The notes beneath the pieces were generated by a model that was not told where the DNA came from, searched no databases, and saw only the letters and a program-made list of their open reading frames with translations. Shown piece by piece: positions 61,310 through 64,000 of a DNA stretch of 64,000 bases. The stretch comes from Fistulifera solaris (Eukaryota): NCBI GenBank assembly GCA_030295235.1, contig AP026138.1, positions 682,001 to 746,000 on the forward strand. Direction: 5' to 3'. The translations under genes and the position numbers were made by a program. Each line of letters starts with the position of its first letter. Position 1 is the first letter of the stretch.

Positions 61310-61957
61310 ATGATGTTCAGTGAGGAAGACAGTTTGTGGATGGACTTGTCGACCAACGATGAACCATCATCATCCTCGGAAGACAAAATTGTACCCGGTA
61401 CCGTCGATTTACCCCACGACTTTGCTCTCGATTCACAACAGATTGATTTGACTCCGATCACATCTACCATGCCCCATCTCGATGAGCCAGATCTTTTCCT
61501 AATTTCCGATGCCGATACTCTAGGCAGCAGTTCCGAATGCTGGACTCACGACGAGTCTGATTCAGAAGCACCGAGGAAGAGGTTTAAAGGGAGCGATGTT
61601 CACATTTCACCAGTGTCGGTTCGCACACTGGCTCAGTCCTATTCGAGTATCCCTCTTGCTTTTCCGCAAGTAGCTAGAATTTCATCCTCAGACCCCGAGA
61701 GCGCGACACGGCGCTACTACAATCAATTGGCTCTCCTTGCTCACCGAATGCGACAGAGTGAAGCATCGCGTCAAAAAGTTGCTGAACATCGACAAAATCT
61801 CGCTCATGTTTACGCATCCGTCAAAAGTCCGGAGGCGTCTCTGTTTACATTGTCTGAAAAAGCTTCGGCGTACCATCAGTCAAGGTCGGCTCTGCTAGCT
61901 TCGCTTTCGCAAGTTATGAACGAGTCCTCGGCATCATTTGTCCCGTCGCATTCATGA
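61310..61957 (+). CDS. Hypothetical S/D-rich protein of a diatom-style family
   Basis: Intact ORF with a C-terminal helix YYNQLALLAHRMRQSEASRQKV and QSRSALL. Confidence 0.65.
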   Translation: MMFSEEDSLWMDLSTNDEPSSSSEDKIVPGTVDLPHDFALDSQQIDLTPITSTMPHLDEPDLFLISDADTLGSSSECWTHDESDSEAPRKRFKGSDVHISPVSVRTLAQSYSSIPLAFPQVARISSSDPESATRRYYNQLALLAHRMRQSEASRQKVAEHRQNLAHVYASVKSPEASLFTLSEKASAYHQSRSALLASLSQVMNESSASFVPSHS

Positions 61958-62051
61958 TCTCATCACCACAAGATCCAAATTTTCTCCGGTTATCGCCTTT
62001 TGATAAACTAACCATACAAATATAGCTTTCCAATATTGTCGTTCCCTTTCA

Positions 62052-63337
62052 TCAATTGATTTTGTTCTTAGTGTTTGATCGCACGTTGCATGTGCTCAAA
62101 AGCGCACCCAGCAAATTGACATTGGCCCCGAAGAAGACAACGGACGCGCACCATACAAGCCGATGTACGGCCCATCCCTGCATTTCGAGCAAGTAAGCCG
62201 ACAACAACCAGAAGACCACGGAAGTAAGCAAAAGCGCGACTGCTTTGACAACGCGGCGGCTTTGAAAGTCAAAAGAGCACAGTGGCAGCAAGCAAAGATA
62301 CCAGGTAAAATACTGAGCGGTGATCACTTTGTTGTGCGCGACAAACAAGAATGTTTGCACAAACAGAGCGAGACTGAGATCCAGCGGTGCTATACCGAGA
62401 CTGGTGTAGACGAGCAGAATCAATTGCGGAAGAAGCAATAGGCGTCCCGCCCAAGCCATATTCAAGACTGGGTCACTTCGTGCGAGATAGATCCAGTACC
62501 AGTGCATGGAATAGTTATGACGATGATCGACCCGCGAAAAGTGATACAACAGACCTTCTTGCAGCGCACTAGGTCCGTACATCGCCACAGCCAGCATTGT
62601 CAGTCCGACAAAGGTAGCGAGAAAAGAAAAAGCGAATATGACTGGCAAGGGTTGCAAGAGTCGCTTTATCCATGTTTTCAACAAATCAAACAACCGCGTG
62701 ACTGATGACTGATTTGCTCGTTGGTCGTGAATTGATGTCTCTTCTGTCTTGGCAAACGCACAAATGAAGGATAACGAATATATAATGGGATAGAGCTTGG
62801 CATGAACCGCAATTCCGTGACAGATTCCTCCCAGTAAGGCCGCCCAAGTGGATTGGCTGTAGTTGGTCGCAATCCAAACGGTGGTCAATACGGGTAACAA
62901 AACAATGAGACTCTCCGCTGAACCTCTCGTGCAGATATTAATGGCCAAAGGATTGTAGAGCCACCAAAAGGCGTCGGTGAGTGACGAAGATTCATCCGCT
63001 TCTCTCCGTTGCTTGCGAAATTGAACAATGAGCCAGCCACAAAGTGTATCCGCGACACAAAACAGATATCGCCCGTAATTCAAATTTGGTAACCATGCGA
63101 GAAGAGCCGCTAAAAGGGCGTATATCGGTAAGTCGCGCGATTAAATGGATTTTGACCCTGTTGTATATAAGCAGCCGCATCCGTAAAGACGTAAAAATCA
63201 ATGTCGGTGTACGCGACACCGGGAATGAAGCGTTCATTGTCGAGAAGCCGCGGAAGAAACCACGCCAAGAACAATCGAAGAATCAGACCTAATAATACGG
63301 CATGTTTTGTAGCGAGAAAGCGTAATCTTGTTATCAT
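62052..63337 (-). CDS. PIGM: GPI mannosyltransferase 1; frameshift near 63110
   Basis: [84 protein letters not shown]. Confidence 0.93.
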
Positions 63338-63420
63338 TTTCCTACTTTTCAAAACATTTAATTTGGTTTTGAGCAAATGTGTCGCGAACGCTGCTCAATA
63401 ATAACAACGAAGGAACCTAA

Positions 63421-63895
63421 TCCGGGTTCCCCCTCTGTCGATAAATTTCCCTACCAGGGCTACGCGCAATTCGCGTAGACATTCGCAAGAATGCATCTGT
63501 TGTCTTATTCGTGTTTAACGTTCCAATCAATGTCGATTCTTGTACAGGGTCTCTAGGATGCATGTTGAGAAATGTTGCAATAAAGCTTGTCACTGTCGGA
63601 CTCGAATTTAATTGAAATCAAATTCAATCAGTTCTGGTGGCTACCTGCATCGATAAAATTCCTACGGGGCCAACATGAATATATCGTAGATATTTCGAAG
63701 CGTTGTATCTTAGTTCTTTACTATGTTTTGATTTCGAAGCAACTGTGTACATCGTTCCTTTGTGCGAATCATTGATGTTGGCGAAAGGCTTGATGGCATT
63801 GCAGTTTAATTACAGTATACCCAAAAGTGTAATTATCCAATATCCGGGTTGCCCCTCTGTCGCTAAATTTCCCTACGGAGTTCTACGTGCATCCT
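63421..63895. repeat. Diverged tandem repeat with ~211-bp period (three anchor copies; may continue past the window)
   Basis: TCCGGGTTCCCCCTCTGTCGATAAATTTCCCTAC at 63421, TCTGGTGGCTACCTGCATCGATAAAATTCCTAC at 63633, TCCGGGTTGCCCCTCTGTCGCTAAATTTCCCTAC at 63843. Confidence 0.75.
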
Positions 63896-64000
63896 ACGCG
63901 TGGATTTTACAGGCGTCGCATTAATGCTCACTTTGGATGCTTCGTACAAAAGAGCGCTCAATTGTAATTGAATAATGCACATTAGCATTGTTGGAGAGGT

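Overview
Eukaryotic nuclear DNA, gene-dense with short GT-AG introns. It is very likely from a pennate diatom, judged by bipartite plastid presequences (ASA-F, ADA-F, ATA-Y) and several diatom-style orphan families. About 28 protein-coding genes are recognisable: an AKR, UPF0652/DUF2009, eIF3f, CCT4, a mitochondrial phosphate carrier, an FBXO9-like F-box protein, a P5A ATPase, a PH/coiled-coil protein, DIM1, a Kir channel, a BEACH-WD40 protein, a bZIP factor, plastid SecE-like, plastid S1, RPS11, LETM1-like and PIG-M, plus hypotheticals. Many genes, including essential ones, are split by 1-bp indels, often at homopolymers; this points to uncorrected long-read errors rather than pseudogenes. 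The intergenic DNA holds the most unusual signals: (1) a dispersed family of ~200-240 bp monomers, in arrays on both strands, whose junctions are marked by a GACTG-N5-CAGTC palindrome; (2) a 22-unit 52-53 bp palindromic satellite and an 8-unit 33-34 bp array that share a core motif; (3) patches of sequence-independent 7-bp tandem duplications; (4) a 5'-truncated poly(A)-tailed non-LTR retrotransposon of the restriction-like endonuclease type; (5) a separate ~211-bp trimer at the right end. The Kir channel has a TVGYT filter and a C2H2-like insertion. No rRNA, tRNA or CRISPR-Cas was found. All family assignments are from motif recognition by eye; no searches were run.
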